Source: an uncultured Microbacteriaceae bacterium (lineage in GTDB: Bacteria > Actinomycetota > Actinomycetes > Actinomycetales > Microbacteriaceae). Taken from it: a stretch of DNA of 64,000 bases. Location of the stretch: NCBI GenBank assembly GCA_964540305.1, contig CAZILZ010000002.1:28330-92329 (forward strand), in the 5' to 3' direction. Positions 43,674 to 54,400 of the stretch are shown here, one piece after another. Below the pieces are notes generated by a model. It made no database searches. It was given only the letters and a program-made list of their open reading frames with translations, and had not been told where the DNA came from. Each line of letters starts with the position of its first letter. Position 1 is the first letter of the stretch. The translations under genes were made by a program, and so were the position numbers.

Positions 43674-44621
43674 TCACGATGGCGTGGCCGCGTATTCGCT
43701 GAGTGCGGCGAGCACGACCGCGGCGCACCCGACCGGGTCGCTCAGCGGGAGGCGGTGGCCGCCTGGCAGGCTGATCGCCGCGATGTTCGCGTGGGTGCGG
43801 GCGAGCTCGCGGGCCCTCCCCGGCACCGGAACCGGATCATCGATCCCGTCGACCAGTCGCACGACGACGCTCCGAGCCTCCAGCTCGCGAAGCGCCTCCG
43901 CCCACGCCGGGTCGCGCACGAGCGCGTCGAACCCGGTGACGTAGCCGTGCCACGTGTGCTGCACGGCATCGCGTGCGACGGCCACGGGTAGGCGCGGGCT
44001 AACGACGACGGCGACACCCTGGGCGACGGCGCGGTTCTCGCACATCCAGTGGCACACGCGCTCCGCGAGCGGCCCCTGCGCGAGCAGCGCCTCGAACCAC
44101 CCCATGTGCCGCACGCGGTGGTCGGCCTCCTCATGCGTGTCGTAGAGGGGGGCATCGAAGGCGACCACCGCGCGTGCGGGGGCGTGCCGGGCGGCGACGC
44201 GCAGCGCGAGGGATGCCCCCATCGAGTGGCCGACCACGACGGCCGGCAGGGCATCCAGGCCGAGCTCGCGCAGCACGGCGAGCACGCCGTCGACGTGCGC
44301 ATCGGCATCGATCGGGTGGTCCAGCGCCGGACTGTGCATGGATGTCCCGAACCCGATGGGGTCGATGGCGACCACGCGCGCCCGCTTCCCGAGAACGTCG
44401 TAGGCGGCTCCCCAGAGCCGTTCACTCGAGGCGAGCCCCGAGAGCAGCACGACGAGGGTGTCGCCCGCCCCGAACTGCCGCACACCGAGACCCGCCACGA
44501 TCGTGCGGTCGCCCGCTCCCGGCCGCCACCGTCGAACCTCCGGTGACGAGAGGTGAGCGCTCGCCCACGCGACCACGGGCGCGGCGAGGGCGGCGGCGGC
44601 CCCGACCCGTGATGCCCTCAT
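43674..44621 (-). CDS. Alpha/beta hydrolase
   Basis: Nucleophile elbow GHSMGA. 315 aa. Confidence 0.75.
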   Translation of the reverse strand: MRASRVGAAAALAAPVVAWASAHLSSPEVRRWRPGAGDRTIVAGLGVRQFGAGDTLVVLLSGLASSERLWGAAYDVLGKRARVVAIDPIGFGTSMHSPALDHPIDADAHVDGVLAVLRELGLDALPAVVVGHSMGASLALRVAARHAPARAVVAFDAPLYDTHEEADHRVRHMGWFEALLAQGPLAERVCHWMCENRAVAQGVAVVVSPRLPVAVARDAVQHTWHGYVTGFDALVRDPAWAEALRELEARSVVVRLVDGIDDPVPVPGRARELARTHANIAAISLPGGHRLPLSDPVGCAAVVLAALSEYAATPS

Positions 44622-44696
44622 GGTCGACGAGCGTAGTCACCGCGTCCCGGCGCGTCGTGCGAATCCTGTCGTGGGTCGAGACCCCCGCGCCGCTCC

Positions 44697-45488
44697 TCAG
44701 CGCTGGCAGCTCGGGCAGAACCACGTGATGCGCTCGGTGAGCGCGTCATCGCCGAGCAGGCCGCGGCGGATGCGCGTGCCGCAGCGTCGGCACGGCTGGC
44801 CGTCGCGGTGCGCGACCCACAGGCGCTCGCCGCGGCGCGTGTTGCCCGTCGTCGTGCGCTCGTCGCGATCGCGGTTGGCGCGGATGAGGCGCACGCCGAG
44901 GTCGAGAGCCGCCGCGGCATCCACCATGCCGACGGGCGTCTCGGGCAGCACCCCGCGCAGGAAGAGCAGCTCGTTGCGGTAGTCGTTGCCGAATCCGGCG
45001 ACGGTGCGCTGGTCGAGCAGCGCGAGCCCGATGGGGCGCTCGGGGTCGGCGGTGAGGCGCCGCAGGGCCTCGTCGCGATCGAAGTCGGGTGCGAGCGGGT
45101 CGGGGCCGAGGTGGCCGACGACCTCGTGCTCGGCATCGCGGGCGACGAGCTCGAGCTCGCCGAGCGCGAAGCCCACGGCCTGCCACGGCGCCCCCTCGGC
45201 CGCCGTCGTCTCGAGCACCATGCGCGCCTCGAAGGCGGGCCGGCGCCAGCGCTCGCCGCGCCGCATGACGTGCCAGACGCCCTCCATCTTCAGGTGCGAG
45301 TGCACCGTCACGTCGCCGATGCGCATGAGCAGGTGCTTGCCGAGCGCGACGACCTCGTCGACGCGCTCGCCGCTGAGGTCGGCGGTCGCGAAGCGCGGCA
45401 CGCGCACGTCGCTCCGCAGCACGGTCTGGCCCGCGAGCGCCGCGTGCAGCCGCGCGGCCGCGCGATGGATGGTGTCACCCTCGGGCAT
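44697..45488 (-). CDS. nei: Fpg/Nei-family DNA glycosylase (endonuclease VIII, Nei2-like)
   Basis: MPEGDTIHR N-terminus (catalytic Pro2/Glu3), H2TH region, C-terminal zinc finger CRRCG...CPSCQ. Lies 8 nt downstream of lhr. Confidence 0.85.
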   Translation of the reverse strand: MPEGDTIHRAAARLHAALAGQTVLRSDVRVPRFATADLSGERVDEVVALGKHLLMRIGDVTVHSHLKMEGVWHVMRRGERWRRPAFEARMVLETTAAEGAPWQAVGFALGELELVARDAEHEVVGHLGPDPLAPDFDRDEALRRLTADPERPIGLALLDQRTVAGFGNDYRNELLFLRGVLPETPVGMVDAAAALDLGVRLIRANRDRDERTTTGNTRRGERLWVAHRDGQPCRRCGTRIRRGLLGDDALTERITWFCPSCQR

Positions 45489-45496
45489 CGCTCACC

Positions 45497-48400
45497 TCAC
45501 ACCCTGATGCGCAGGCCCTGGGGCGTCGCCACGAACCCAGCGGCCTGCAGCGCCTCGGCGAGCGGCGTGCCGAAGGCGCTCGCGCCGTTCACCCGCTCGA
45601 CCCGCAGCGAGCGCAGGCACGCGCGCACGACGGCGGCGAGCTCGATGGCGGCCGCCTCGAGCACGGCGGGCTCGTCGGTGAAGGTCAGCACGCTCTTGCC
45701 GCCGCGCTCGAGGTAGAGCGCGAGGTGCCCGTCGACGAGCACGACGAGCGATCCGGCCTTGCGCCCGGGCCGGTGCGCGGTCGACCCCGCGGCCGCGTCG
45801 GGCAGGCTCGCGGGCCACGGCAGGGCCGCGCCGTAGGGGTTGGCGGGGTCGGTCGCGGCGAGGACGAGGGGGGCGAGGGCGGGGGCCGCATCCGCGTCTC
45901 TGCCGAAGGTGCGCACGCGGTCGATCGTGGCGGGCGTCGCGAACTGCGCCGCGCCGAGGCCCTCGACGATGTAGCCGCGGCGCACCGAGCCGGCCTCCTC
46001 CATGCGCGCGAGCACCGAGTAGGCGAGCGCGAATCCGCCGCGCAGCCCCTCGGCCTGCACCGCGCCGCGCGTGACGATGCCGTGGCGCTCGAGCATGCGG
46101 TCGATCGCGACGGCCGTGCGGCGCGTGGGGTCGGTCTCGCGCTCCGGCAGCAGCGACCAGCGACCGGCGACCGTGGGTGGGCCCGATTGCGTGACGGATG
46201 CCGGGCGCGCGTACCCCCGATAACTGCGGGCCCGCGGCGCGGCCTTGCGGGTCGTCGTGCCCCCGAGCGTCGCGCGAAGCGGCGCGAGCGTGTCGTTGGT
46301 GAGGTGCCCGGCCCACACGAGCTGCCAGAGCTCGTCGACGAGGGCCGCGTCGTCACCCCCGGCCTCGCCGGCCTCGGTCACCGCGGCCGAGAGCTGCCGG
46401 AAGAAGAAGCCGCCACCGCCCGCGAGCGCGTCGAGCACGCGCTGCTGGCGCGGGGTGGGCTCGAGGTCGTCGGGCTCGGCGAGGCTCAGCGGAGCCGTGC
46501 CCGCGAGGTGCAGGCTCACCCAGCCGTCGCTGCCGGGCAGGCTGCCGGCGCCGGCCCAGACGACCTCGCCGCTCGCGCACAGCTCGTCGAGCCAGGCGGG
46601 CGAGTAGTCGCGCACGCGGCTCGGCAGCACGAGGGTCTCCCACGCGCTCGCCGGCAGGGCCGCGCCCTGCAGCTGCTCGATCGCCTGCAGCACGCCGTCG
46701 GGGCCCTGCAGGCCGGGTCGTGCCGTCGTGCCGGCGGCCGACCCCACGTGCTGCCACGCGGGCAGGAACCGCCCGAGCGTGCCGTGGCTGACGGGCTCGA
46801 TCTCCTTCCGCAGCGCCGCGAGGCTGCGCGAGCGCAAGCGGCGCAGCACCTCGGCATCGACCCACTCGGTGCCCGAGGCGCCGGGCCGGAACTCGCCCTC
46901 GATGAGGCGCCGGTCGGCCGCGAGCCGGCGCAGGGCATCCGTCGCGACGGCGATGCCGAGGCCGTAACGGCTCGCGACGTCGGTAGCGGCGAAAGGGGTG
47001 CGGGTGCGCGCGAAGCGCGCGACGAGGTCGCCGACGGGGTCGGGCACGGGCTCGAGGAACGCGGCGGGCACGCCGTGCGGGATGGGCGTGCCGAGGGCGT
47101 CGCGCAGCCGGGCGGCGTCCTCCACGCCGGCCCAGCGCTGCTCGCCCGCGATCGTCGCGCGGAAGACGCGGTTCTCGCGCGCGAGCCGCTCGAGCTCGGC
47201 GGTCACGTCGACCTCGTCGAGAGTGCGGTCGTCGACCTCTGCGATCGACAGCGGGCCCAGGATGCGCAGCAGGTCGACGACGCCCTCCGCGTCGCGCGCG
47301 CGGCGATCGGGGGCGAGGCGCTGCAGCTCGGCCTCGAGCTGCGCGATGACGGCGGGGTCGAGCACCTCGCGCAGCTCGGCGCGGCCGAGCAGCTCGGCGA
47401 GCAGCGCGGGGTCGATGCTGAGCGCCGCCGCGCGCCGCTCGGCGAGGGGGCTGTCGCCCTCGTAGAGGAAGGCCGCGACGTAGCCGAACAGCAGGCTGCG
47501 GGCGAACGGCGAGGGGCTCGGGGTCTCGACCTCGACGATGCGGATGCTGCGCTGCGCGATGCCCGCCGCGAGCTCGACGAGGGAGGGCAGGTCGTACACG
47601 TCTTGCAGCACCTCGCGCACGGTCTCGAGCACGATGGGGAAGTCGGGGAACTCGCGCGCCACCTCGAGCAGCTGGCTCGCCCGCTGGCGCTGCTGCCAGA
47701 GCGGGCTGCGGTGGCCCGGGTCGCGGCGGGGCAGCAGCAGGGCGCGCGCGGCGCACTCGCGGAAGCGCGCGGCGAACACCGCCGAGCCGCCGACCTCGGC
47801 GGTCACGAGGTCGTGCAGCTCGTCGGCCTCGAAGAGGAAGAGCTCGGCGCCGGGCGGCTGGGCCTCGGTGTCGGGCAGGCGCACGACGATGCCGTCATCG
47901 GCCGCGATCGCCGCCCCGTCGTAGCCGTGCCGCTCGCGGATGCGCGCCGTCACCGCGAGGGCCCACGGCGCGTGCACCGCCATGCCGTAGGGCGAGTGCA
48001 GCACCACGCGCCAGTCGCCGAGCTCGTCGCGGAACCGCTCGACCACGAGCGTCAGCTCGCTCGGCAGCTGACCGGTGGCCTCGGCCTGCTCGCGCAGCAG
48101 CGCGTCGAGGTTCGCCTCGGCGCGGGCGTCGAGGCCGGCAGCCGCGAGGCGCTCGTGGCGGGCATCCGGGGTCGCCGCCCCCAGCTCGCGCGTCGTGCGC
48201 CCGAGCGCGCGGCCGAGCTCGGCGGGGCGCCCGAGCCCGTCGCCCTTCCAGAACGGCACCTTGCCGGGCTGGCCGAAGGCGGGGGTCACGATGACCTGGT
48301 CGTGTGTGATCTCCTGGATGCGCCAGCTCGTGGTGCCGAGCGCGAACACGTCGCCCACCCGCGACTCGTAGACCATCTCTTCATCGAGCTCGCCGACGCG

Positions 48401-50008
48401 GCGGCCGTTGCCCTCGCCCGCGATGAAGACGCCGAACAGCCCGCGGTCGGGGATCGTGCCGCCGCTCGTCACGGCAAGTCGTTGTGCACCGGGGCGGCCC
48501 GTGAGCGTGCCGTTGACGCGGTCCCACACGACGCGCGGGCGCAGTTCGCTGAACCGGTCGCTCGGGTACCGGCCGCTCAGCAGGTCGAGCACGGCGTCGA
48601 AGGCCGACCGGGGCAGGGTCGCGAAGGGCGCGCTGCGCCGCACCTGCTCGAACCACTGCTCGATGTCGCACGGCTCGAGGGCGACGTGGGCCACGGTCTG
48701 CTGGGCGAGCACGTCGAGGGGGTTCGCGAGCACGCGCAGCTCTTCGATGAGCCCGGCCGTCATGCGCTCGCTCGTGACCGTCGCGTGCAGCACGTCGAGC
48801 CGGTGCTTGGGCACGAGCACGCCGCGGCTGATCTCGCCGACCTGGTGGCCCGCGCGCCCGACGCGCTGCAGGCCGCTCGCGACGCTCGGGGGTGCTTCGA
48901 CCTGGATGACGAGGTCGACCGCCCCCATGTCGATGCCGAGCTCGAGGCTGCTCGTCGCGACGACGCAGCGCAGGCGGCCGGTCTTGAGCGCCTCCTCGAT
49001 CTCGCCGCGCTGCTCCTTGCTCACCGAGCCGTGGTGGGCGCGGGCGAGCAGCTCGTCGGTCTCGGTCCTCAACGCGTAGATCTCGTTCAGCCGGGCCGTC
49101 AGCCGCTCGGCGAGCCGGCGCGAGTTGGCGAACACGATCGTCGAGCGGTGCTGCAGCACGCGATCGACGATGTCCTCCTCGACGTGCGGCCAGATCGAGG
49201 GCGTCTGCGGGGCACCCGAGGCGTCGAGCGGCCCGTCGCCGCCGATCGTCGGCGGCTGCGTCATGTCGTCGACGGGCACGACGACGCTGAGGTCGAAGGT
49301 CTTCGCGGCCGGCGGCTGCACGATCGTCACCGGCTGGGCTCCGCCCAGGAAGCGGGCGACCTCCTCCGGGGGGCGCACCGTGGCCGAGAGGCCGATGCGC
49401 TGCGCGGGGGTCGCGAGCCGGGCATCCAACCGCTCGAGGGTGAGCGCGAGGTGCGCGCCGCGCTTGGTGCCCGCGACGGCGTGCACCTCGTCGATGATGA
49501 CGGTCGTGACGCCGTCGAGCGTCTCGCGGGCGCTCGCCGTGAGCATGAGGTACAGGCTCTCGGGCGTCGTGATGAGGATGTCGGGGGGCGACTTCTGCAG
49601 CGCCCGGCGGTCGGCGCTCGGGGTGTCGCCGCTGCGCACCCCCACGGTGATCGAGGGCGCGGTGCCGCCGAGCCGCAGCGCCGTCTGCGTCACGCCGATG
49701 AGCGGCGAGCGCAGGTTGCGCTCGACGTCGACGCCGAGCGCCTTGAGCGGGCTGATGTAGAGAACGCGCGTGCGCCGCCGCGGGTCGTCGGGGGGTGGCT
49801 CGGCGGCCAGCCGGTCGATCGACCAGAGGAAGGCCGCGAGCGTCTTGCCCGAGCCAGTCGGCGCGACGACGAGCGCATGACGGCCGGTCGAGATGGCGTC
49901 CCACGCCCCGAGCTGCGCGGGCGTCGGCGCGGGGAACGCGCCCGTGAACCACTCGCGCGTGGCGGGCGCGAACCGGCCCAGCACGGTGGCGGGCTCGAGC
50001 GCGGTCAT
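45497..50008 (-). CDS. lhr: ATP-dependent helicase Lhr (large helicase-related, about 1503 aa)
   Basis: Walker A APTGSGKT, DEVH box (IIDEVHAV), long C-terminal extension. Start set at the ATG at 50008 (MTALEPATV...) because the rest of the 1743-aa track ORF overlaps the esterase gene. Confidence 0.88.
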   Translation of the reverse strand: MTALEPATVLGRFAPATREWFTGAFPAPTPAQLGAWDAISTGRHALVVAPTGSGKTLAAFLWSIDRLAAEPPPDDPRRRTRVLYISPLKALGVDVERNLRSPLIGVTQTALRLGGTAPSITVGVRSGDTPSADRRALQKSPPDILITTPESLYLMLTASARETLDGVTTVIIDEVHAVAGTKRGAHLALTLERLDARLATPAQRIGLSATVRPPEEVARFLGGAQPVTIVQPPAAKTFDLSVVVPVDDMTQPPTIGGDGPLDASGAPQTPSIWPHVEEDIVDRVLQHRSTIVFANSRRLAERLTARLNEIYALRTETDELLARAHHGSVSKEQRGEIEEALKTGRLRCVVATSSLELGIDMGAVDLVIQVEAPPSVASGLQRVGRAGHQVGEISRGVLVPKHRLDVLHATVTSERMTAGLIEELRVLANPLDVLAQQTVAHVALEPCDIEQWFEQVRRSAPFATLPRSAFDAVLDLLSGRYPSDRFSELRPRVVWDRVNGTLTGRPGAQRLAVTSGGTIPDRGLFGVFIAGEGNGRRVGELDEEMVYESRVGDVFALGTTSWRIQEITHDQVIVTPAFGQPGKVPFWKGDGLGRPAELGRALGRTTRELGAATPDARHERLAAAGLDARAEANLDALLREQAEATGQLPSELTLVVERFRDELGDWRVVLHSPYGMAVHAPWALAVTARIRERHGYDGAAIAADDGIVVRLPDTEAQPPGAELFLFEADELHDLVTAEVGGSAVFAARFRECAARALLLPRRDPGHRSPLWQQRQRASQLLEVAREFPDFPIVLETVREVLQDVYDLPSLVELAAGIAQRSIRIVEVETPSPSPFARSLLFGYVAAFLYEGDSPLAERRAAALSIDPALLAELLGRAELREVLDPAVIAQLEAELQRLAPDRRARDAEGVVDLLRILGPLSIAEVDDRTLDEVDVTAELERLARENRVFRATIAGEQRWAGVEDAARLRDALGTPIPHGVPAAFLEPVPDPVGDLVARFARTRTPFAATDVASRYGLGIAVATDALRRLAADRRLIEGEFRPGASGTEWVDAEVLRRLRSRSLAALRKEIEPVSHGTLGRFLPAWQHVGSAAGTTARPGLQGPDGVLQAIEQLQGAALPASAWETLVLPSRVRDYSPAWLDELCASGEVVWAGAGSLPGSDGWVSLHLAGTAPLSLAEPDDLEPTPRQQRVLDALAGGGGFFFRQLSAAVTEAGEAGGDDAALVDELWQLVWAGHLTNDTLAPLRATLGGTTTRKAAPRARSYRGYARPASVTQSGPPTVAGRWSLLPERETDPTRRTAVAIDRMLERHGIVTRGAVQAEGLRGGFALAYSVLARMEEAGSVRRGYIVEGLGAAQFATPATIDRVRTFGRDADAAPALAPLVLAATDPANPYGAALPWPASLPDAAAGSTAHRPGRKAGSLVVLVDGHLALYLERGGKSVLTFTDEPAVLEAAAIELAAVVRACLRSLRVERVNGASAFGTPLAEALQAAGFVATPQGLRIRV

Positions 50009-50014
50009 CCTCCC

Positions 50015-50036
50015 ATTGTCGCCCTGCCCGCTGACA
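50015..50036 (-). promoter_or_regulatory. RecA-NDp/PafBC-type promoter-like motif upstream of lhr
   Basis: The minus strand reads TGTCAGCG-N8-GACAAT-gggagg-ATG. The mycobacterial consensus, as I recall it, is tTGTCRgtg-N8-TAnnnT. The spacing is compatible with a leaderless or very short-leader transcript. Confidence 0.3.
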
Positions 50037-50046
50037 GGCCGCTCGC

Positions 50047-50682
50047 TCAGGAGTATTGGGTGCGCAGGAACGCGAGCACGTCGGCGAGCTCGGCCTCGCT
50101 CACGCTGTGGCCGAGCCCCTCGTAGATGCGCTCGGTGAGGGTCGTGTGCCGCGGCAGCCAGGCCTGGGTGTCGTCGATGAACGCGGCGGGGATCACCGTG
50201 TCGTGGGTTCCGCGGCCCCAGAACACGGGCGGCGCGAGGGCCGCGAGCCGATCGTCGGCCGGAGCCTCGCCGCGCACGACGAAGCCCGCGAGCGAGACCG
50301 CGAAGGCGAACCGCTCGGGGGCGTGCCGCATGAGGTGGATGCTCATCGCCCCGCCCTGCGAGAACCCCAGCAGCCCGACCGAGGTCGCCTGCACCCCGTC
50401 GAGCCACTGCAGCAGGCCGCGCGCCGCAGCGTCGGCGCCCTCGGATCGGCTCGCGGGCGTCGCCCCCTCGAGCCCGTACCAGGCGTAGCCGGGGCCCGCG
50501 CGCAGGGGAGCCCGCACGGAGGCGATGACGGGCTGCAGCGGCAGGTGCGGGGCGAGCCCGAAGAGGTCGCCCTCGTGCGAGCCGTAGCCGTGCAGCAGCA
50601 CGAGCAGGGGGCGATCGGCGCGCTCGGCGGCGGGAGCCGACCACAGGATGGCGGATTCGTCGATCAGCTGCATCGCGCTCAT
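50047..50682 (-). CDS. Phospholipase/carboxylesterase-family alpha/beta hydrolase
   Basis: LLVLLHGYGSHEGDL, nucleophile elbow GFSQGG, C-terminal GLGHS. Confidence 0.78.
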   Translation of the reverse strand: MSAMQLIDESAILWSAPAAERADRPLLVLLHGYGSHEGDLFGLAPHLPLQPVIASVRAPLRAGPGYAWYGLEGATPASRSEGADAAARGLLQWLDGVQATSVGLLGFSQGGAMSIHLMRHAPERFAFAVSLAGFVVRGEAPADDRLAALAPPVFWGRGTHDTVIPAAFIDDTQAWLPRHTTLTERIYEGLGHSVSEAELADVLAFLRTQYS

Positions 50683-50736
50683 GCTCCCATCGTGTCAGGT
50701 GCGCCCGCGACGGCGTTGCACGAGACACAATGGAGC

Positions 50737-51279
50737 ATGGCCACCGTGCGCACCCCCGACCCCAACCCGGGCTGGCTCTCCGATGAGGAGCTCGAGCAGA
50801 TCCGGCAGCGCCTGCCGCTCGTCTATGTCGAGGCGATCCCGGTGCGGGTCGACGGCATGGGCATGGTGACCGAGGTCGGGGTACTGCTGCGCGTGAACCC
50901 GGCGGGCAGCATCACGCGCACGCTCGTGAGCGGCCGGGTGATGCACGGCGAGACGCTGCGCGAGGCGCTCTTCCGCCATCTGGAGAAAGATCTCGGGCCC
51001 ATGGCGTTCCCGCAACTGCCCGCCTCGCCGACCCCGTTCTCGGTGGCCGAGTACTTTCCGTTCCCCAGCCCGACGCGGTTCAGCGACGATCGGCAACACG
51101 CCGTCGCGCTCGCCTACGTCGTGCCCGTGACGGGAACCTGCGAGCCCCGGCAGGATGCGCTCGAGCTGACGTGGATGACGCCCGATGAGGCGGCCTCGCA
51201 GCGCGTGACGGACGAGCTCGAGGGCGGGCGCGGCGCGCTGCTGCGCGCGGGCCTGGCGTCGGTGGGCGTACTGCCCTGA
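50737..51279 (+). CDS. NUDIX-fold protein (DUF4916-like)
   Basis: 180 aa with a degenerate Nudix box GRVMHGETLREALFRHLEKDLG. The upstream part of the track ORF is antisense to the esterase gene. Confidence 0.6.
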   Translation: MATVRTPDPNPGWLSDEELEQIRQRLPLVYVEAIPVRVDGMGMVTEVGVLLRVNPAGSITRTLVSGRVMHGETLREALFRHLEKDLGPMAFPQLPASPTPFSVAEYFPFPSPTRFSDDRQHAVALAYVVPVTGTCEPRQDALELTWMTPDEAASQRVTDELEGGRGALLRAGLASVGVLP

Positions 51280-51359
51280 CGGTCGCCGCACCCCCCGAAC
51301 TGGGACACAAATGACCCCCCGGCGGGGTACGCGCTCGAGGGGGGTCGCGCCAGTAGGGT

Positions 51360-51391
51360 GAAAACCGTTCGTACTCGAGCGAACGTTTTTC
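51360..51391 (+). terminator. Intrinsic-terminator-like hairpin after the NUDIX gene
   Basis: GAAAACCGTTCG-tactcgag-CGAACGTTTTTC: stem with an A-run upstream and a T5 run downstream. Confidence 0.5.
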
Positions 51392-51455
51392 ATGTCACCC
51401 GAACGGGGCACCTCGTGCAATCCCTCCGGATGGCGACCCGGGGGGATCACGCACC

Positions 51456-54400
51456 ATGGCTTTCATCACCACTCGCCGCCGCGCACGCCGCGTCATGCCG
51501 GGCATCGCGGTCGTCGCGCTCGTCACGCTGTTCGCCCCCTTCGTGGCCTTCCAGCCGGCCGTCGCCGCCGAGGGCGACCCCGACGAGCCCGTCTACGTGC
51601 AGTTCGAGAAAGAGGCGATCCCTGCCGCCGCCGACTCCGCCGTCGTTCCCGGCGGCACCGTCACCTACCAGTTCACGATCAACTGCTCGTCGCTCGAGAC
51701 CGACTGCCTCGACCTCACGCTCGACGATCTCGTTCCTGAACCGCTCGAGCTGCAGACCGTCACGACCGCCCAGTCGATCCCGCCCATCGAGGTCGACATC
51801 ACGGGCAACGCCTTCACCGTGCGGGTCACCGACGACCTCGGGGGTGGTCGCGTGGGCCTGCAGGCCGGCACGGGCATCCAGATCAATGCCACGGCGACCG
51901 TCCCCTCCGATCTCTCTGCCGACTTCGACGGCGCCGTTCTGCCCAATACCGCCACGGTGACCGTCACGAACCGCGCCGACCTCACTCTCGACCCGCCGCG
52001 GCCGAACGTCATCGAGTCGAGCGCCGAGGTGCTGCTCGCCGTCGACCTCACCCTCGCGTCGCAGGTCACGAAGACGGTGACCCCCGCGTCGGCGACGGCG
52101 GTGCTGGGCACGCCCGTCGCCATCGCGCTCGGCGCGACCAACTCGAGCAACGGCTCGGTCGACTCGCTCGTCATCCAAGAGCCGGCCGACACCGCCTCGA
52201 CCGTGCTCGACCTGCTGCAGCCCGCGAGCCTGAGCGGGCTCGTGCTGCCGAGCGGGGCCGACCGCGTGCGCGTCGACTGGTTCGACGGGAGCAGCTGGAT
52301 CACCGGAACCGCCGCCGCGACCGCGAGCCTGCCGAGCGGTGCCGCCCCGGCCGACATCCGAGCGCTGCGGTTCGTGTTCACGAGCTCGACGGGTGGTCGT
52401 ATCGCCGTCGGTGCGACGGCCGCGATCACCCTCGACGCCGAGCTCACGGCGGCCGCCGCGGCCGTCGTCGAGCCCACGACGATCGTCAACACCGCCTCGT
52501 CGTGGGTGACCTTCGCCGCCGACTCGACACCTGCCGTGCAGGCCACCGACTCGATCGTGATCGGGCCGCCGAGCATCAGCCCGGTCGCCACCAAGCAGTT
52601 CGATGTCGCCTCGATCATCGGGGGCGAGCAGGTTCTCGCGACCCTCGGCGGCTCGAACGGCGGCGACTTCGGCCTGCGTGAGCTGACCCTCACCGAGCCC
52701 GCCCCCGGCAGCACCTCGCTCGCCGACCAGGGTCTGACCTTCGACGGCTGGGTGCAGGCCGACATCGAGTGGCCGATCGGCGCGACGAGCGTCGAGGTGA
52801 GCTACCGCTACGACGGCGACCTCGACTACAGCGCCCCGCTCGTGTCGACCACGCCGGGCGCGCTGCCCGACCCGGTCGACGCGGCCGCCGTGACCGACAT
52901 CCGGGTGCGCTTCCTCAGCACCCTCCCGCAGGGCATGGCTCCTGGCCAGTACGCCCTGCTGCCCTTCCTGGCCCTCACCGACGCCGTCGTGAGCGACATC
53001 ACCACGGTCAACACCGTGCGGGTCGATGTCGTCACGCTCGCCGACGAGACGGCGTCGGCCGAGGCGAGCGACGACCTCACCCGCCGCACGGCGCGCGTCA
53101 ACACTGCGATCAGCAAGACCGCGCTGCCCGACGAGCTCTACTCCATCGCGGGCGCGACCACCCTGATCTCCATCCCGGCCCGCATCACGCCGCTGCCGAC
53201 GGCCGCCGTCGACCCGACCGCGTCGACCGTGGGCTCGACCTCGCTCGTCATCACCGACCCGCTCGACGCGAGCGCTGACGAGTTCTGGAACTGGTTCGAC
53301 CTCACCGCCATCGTCGCGACCGCGGTTCCCGGAAACACCCTGCTCTCGGTCGAGTACTTCGACGGCACCGACTGGCTCGCCCTGCCGGGCGCGACCGACA
53401 TCGCGGGCCCCGCGTTCCTCTCCACGACCATCGACCCCGCCCTGCGGCCCTCGATCGAGGGCGTGCGGTTCACCTACCGGCACGCCGACTACGACACCCT
53501 CGGCACTCTTCTCAACCCCGGCTTCAGCGCGCAGCCCAACCTCTCGGTGAGCCTGCGCGACCAGCTGCGCGACGGCACGGGCGAGGCCGCCTCCTCGACA
53601 CGGCTCGAGGCCGTCGTGATCGACAACGCCGCGCAGAGCCGCGTCGCGAACCCGACCGCCGACCCTTCGGAGGCCACGGCCGACACCGTCGAGATGATCA
53701 CGCTGCTGCCGACCGCCACCGAAGACGGCGACGGCTTCGGCAATGTCGTCGCGATCGACAAGAACTGGCTGCCCGTCGCGAGCACCGGAACGCAGGCCGT
53801 CAACGCGCGGTCGGCCGACGAGGCGACCGTCGAGATCAGCTGGGGCACCGGCAGCGCGGCCTTCGACTCGGTCGTGATCAGCGACTCCGCGAGCGACCCC
53901 GCGGTGACGCCCGTCGCCGACACCGTCTTCGAGGCCTTCGATCTCGTGCGCATCCCCGCGATCACGCCCGCCATGGACCCGTTGCTGACCTACGACCGCA
54001 TCGCGGCCGTCGAGCTCTACCTGCCCGGCCTCGGCTGGACGCCGGCGAGCGGCAACCCCTGCGCCGGCACCGCGTGCGACGGCACCTTCCCCGGCTACAC
54101 GCTGACGGCCGGCGAGAGCGCGAACGCCACCGGCGTGCGGCTCATCGTCGACGAGAGCCCGACGCGCTCGGCCCGCGTCGGCACGAACCCGATCGCGCCG
54201 CCGGTCGGCACCGGCGTCGCGCCGTCGATGAGCCTGAGCCGCGAACTGCGCCTCGTGTTCGAGGTGCGCGACGTGCGGCGATCCGACCCCGCGACCGCCG
54301 TGCTCGGTGCGACGCGCCTGGCCGAGTACAACATCCCCGGCCAGGTCGGCCAGGTGCTCAACACGGCTCTGCTGCAAGGGCGCGACGCGACGGATGCTGT

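Noticed and set aside
45725-50125. 1466-aa plus-strand ORF
   Set aside because: It is antisense to lhr. The Arg/Gly/Ala-rich low-complexity translation is a high-GC stop-codon-depletion artefact.
50009-50728. Upstream 240-aa extension of the lhr ORF (1743-aa track ORF)
   Set aside because: It overlaps the esterase gene (50047-50682) and is Arg/Ala-rich nonsense. The canonical Lhr N-terminus starts at MTALEPATV (50008).
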